Under the pieces are notes generated by a model. It did no database searches. It worked only from the letters and a program-made list of their open reading frames with translations, and was not told the origin of the DNA. Below, piece by piece: positions 63,401 through 64,000 of a stretch of DNA of 64,000 bases (its first letter is position 1; each line of letters begins with the position of its first letter). Position numbers and translations under genes: made by a program. Source of the stretch: a virus (taxonomy: Duplodnaviria; Caudoviricetes); IMG/VR virus record IMGVR_UViG_3300033072_000537, positions 1 to 64,000 of that record; one strand, 5' to 3'.

Positions 63401-64000
63401 CGCCGACGACGTGGGCCTGGGTAAGACCCTGCGCGGCCTGCTGCTGGTCCGCATGGCGAAGATCGAAGGCCGGGCGCAGAAGCCGAGCATCGTTGTGCCC
63501 AAGTCCGTGCTGGCTAACTGGTACGCTGAATCGCAGAAGTGGTTCCCTGGCTCCAAGGTGCTGACCATCGGCGCCACGTTCGAGATCAAGGACGGCAAGC
63601 TGGTCGGCAAGGACGACAACGCCAACGAGCGCAAGCGCAAGTACCACGACCTGTCACAGAACGACTACGACTTCGTCATCATCAGTGAGCCGGCTTTCGA
63701 GGAGCTCGACCTCGATCCGATCACCAAAGAGGAATACTACAGTCAGGATTTCTGGGTGCAGCGCGGCGAGTCGCTGGGCAATGCCGGCGACAAGCGCCGC
63801 AAGAAGATCAAGGAGCAGTACGAGCAGGCTATCGCCAAGCGCGAATTCGCCGACCGCACTGACGCGATCTATTTTAACGAAATCGGCATCGACATGCTGG
63901 TGGCGGATGAAATGCACCACCAGAAGAACCTCTATGCTGCCAAGGCCCGTTTCGGCGACAGCCCGAAATTCCTCGGCGGCCAAGGGCTCTCAAACCGGGC
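60447..64000 (+). CDS. DarB-like N6-adenine methyltransferase/SNF2 helicase fusion; 3' partial
   Basis: ATG at 60447, same frame carries LRQYSG.GG, EFYT, LEPSCATG.F, GVELD, VVGNPPYG, ADDVGLGKT, ADEMHH; absent from the ORF track because there is no stop in the window. Confidence 0.88.
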   Translation, partial: MLILFLKSQMGLFDMPTLISGSVKKDGTITAPHIGIRKKRIAPPAPVQADLFGGHEEAKKTRRTALEALLRKYGGAAQVAAMMRGVAEDKRADAIAKMAKIAKVTPAEMQAALDAAKPEDAPQMDLFAATVAKIDTSEKRVDETPKTEHVAPPATDAALVEYTTKKGKKLTGIVRSDLTKEQAKEIDPYTFWHKNPNGWFIREKHIGQSPAASDQNPIKTETPAVARKPKPAPVEDQNPVKNDSGVSERHAADPLDFGVKPGTSKADRRRLNAAAAALVDEKTPGEMTGQDRAVLRQYSGNGGCGDSLNEFYTDPAIAKAIWDVAGRLGYESGTCLEPSCATGVFLHTAPAGFKITGVELDPTSAKIATALHGDRHEIVNASMERFATQDMRQFNVVVGNPPYGPRGILAKDDKVELSKAEEYFIDTSLDKTAPGGLCVMVVPAGIMDSKNGRSFRERILRKAEFLGAQRMPNTAFEHTHTDVTADIIYFRKRPDDVAGALATVGQDTLQQLGVWDDEFLAGTYFDGRGAENVFGEVGTAKRAFGEIYTVNGSMRGVPEEVAKFEPHAKGLPVSVPDILEALGDDEAAKNRALNGAEKRPYQDTAKVGDIRVIDGVSYVLQGNPPRWHRVDEALQSDAVTEAQELAEAIDRLMTGRAADRQKLEADVRAWVEKHGIPAKNPNLLVAAATDKTLYRLIGAVGKDGSLSDVVTGRYFKANEEAGFDTIARALALNHETGAFTHTELAESLGQDREEVLDRLVADANYAYLPNADLGAYGAWAPMDVYLTGELWPKLDSVRAELAREGLPEEVRGKLEHQASRLEATIDPKSLEDVEIMLNSAFLPTSVIEAWMNSKIAAFKGENPTASYAQSMKEDAKVTFDNGVYSISGGMWGDANLLDKYLNRTGVRKDDMPRIEQMNEEFKDWLCSSSLRDQVEELYNRKFRGFVQRDFSKEPIDVPGLANHDQVKDYQWPGLRWALAAGKGIIADDVGLGKTLRGLLLVRMAKIEGRAQKPSIVVPKSVLANWYAESQKWFPGSKVLTIGATFEIKDGKLVGKDDNANERKRKYHDLSQNDYDFVIISEPAFEELDLDPITKEEYYSQDFWVQRGESLGNAGDKRRKKIKEQYEQAIAKREFADRTDAIYFNEIGIDMLVADEMHHQKNLYAAKARFGDSPKFLGGQGLSNR

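Larger units (their letters stand above)
1..64000. mobile_element. Segment of a large myovirus-type phage/prophage genome (both ends lie outside the window)
   Basis: Continuous phage gene content: baseplate, fibre, spanins, primase-helicase, terminase, portal, MuF, DarB-like; no host housekeeping operon. Confidence 0.95.

Noticed and set aside
1-64000. CRISPR array, tRNA or rRNA genes
   Set aside because: No regularly spaced repeats or cloverleaf/rRNA signatures recognised by eye; a tRNAscan/Infernal run would be needed to exclude them fully.

Overview
The whole 64 kb window is part of a large contractile-tailed (myovirus-type) phage or prophage of a Gram-negative, GC-rich, probably proteobacterial host. 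Layout: tail, baseplate, fibre and lysis genes (1-16.6 kb, +); a DNA-methyltransferase/recombination operon (16.7-24.8 kb, -); an early replication and accessory region with helicase, HU, acyl carrier protein, SSB, dUTPase, RdgC, a beta-clamp-like protein, VRR-NUC, primase-helicase and a probable origin (25-40 kb, +); then packaging and head genes (TerL, portal, MuF) interleaved with leftward accessory operons and probable head-packaged cargo (zeta-toxin protein, pyrophosphatase-domain protein, DarB-like methylase-helicase, 45-64 kb). The standout is the C5 DNA methyltransferase gene (16994-19336), which uses all three frames of one strand. A 684-bp insertion splits an Asp codon between motifs IX and X and encodes an HNH endonuclease in the -1 frame, yet stays stop-free in the methyltransferase frame, with no intein or intron signature. 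A second nested ORF resembles the alternative-frame beta chain of M.EcoHK31I. Two genome-wide regulatory motifs are also visible: a late-promoter-like motif (KCGTGAY-NN-YANNNT) that often sits at leaderless distance from the ATG, and an 18-bp palindromic operator overlapping sigma70 promoters of early operons. Family assignments come from motif recognition only; no searches were run.
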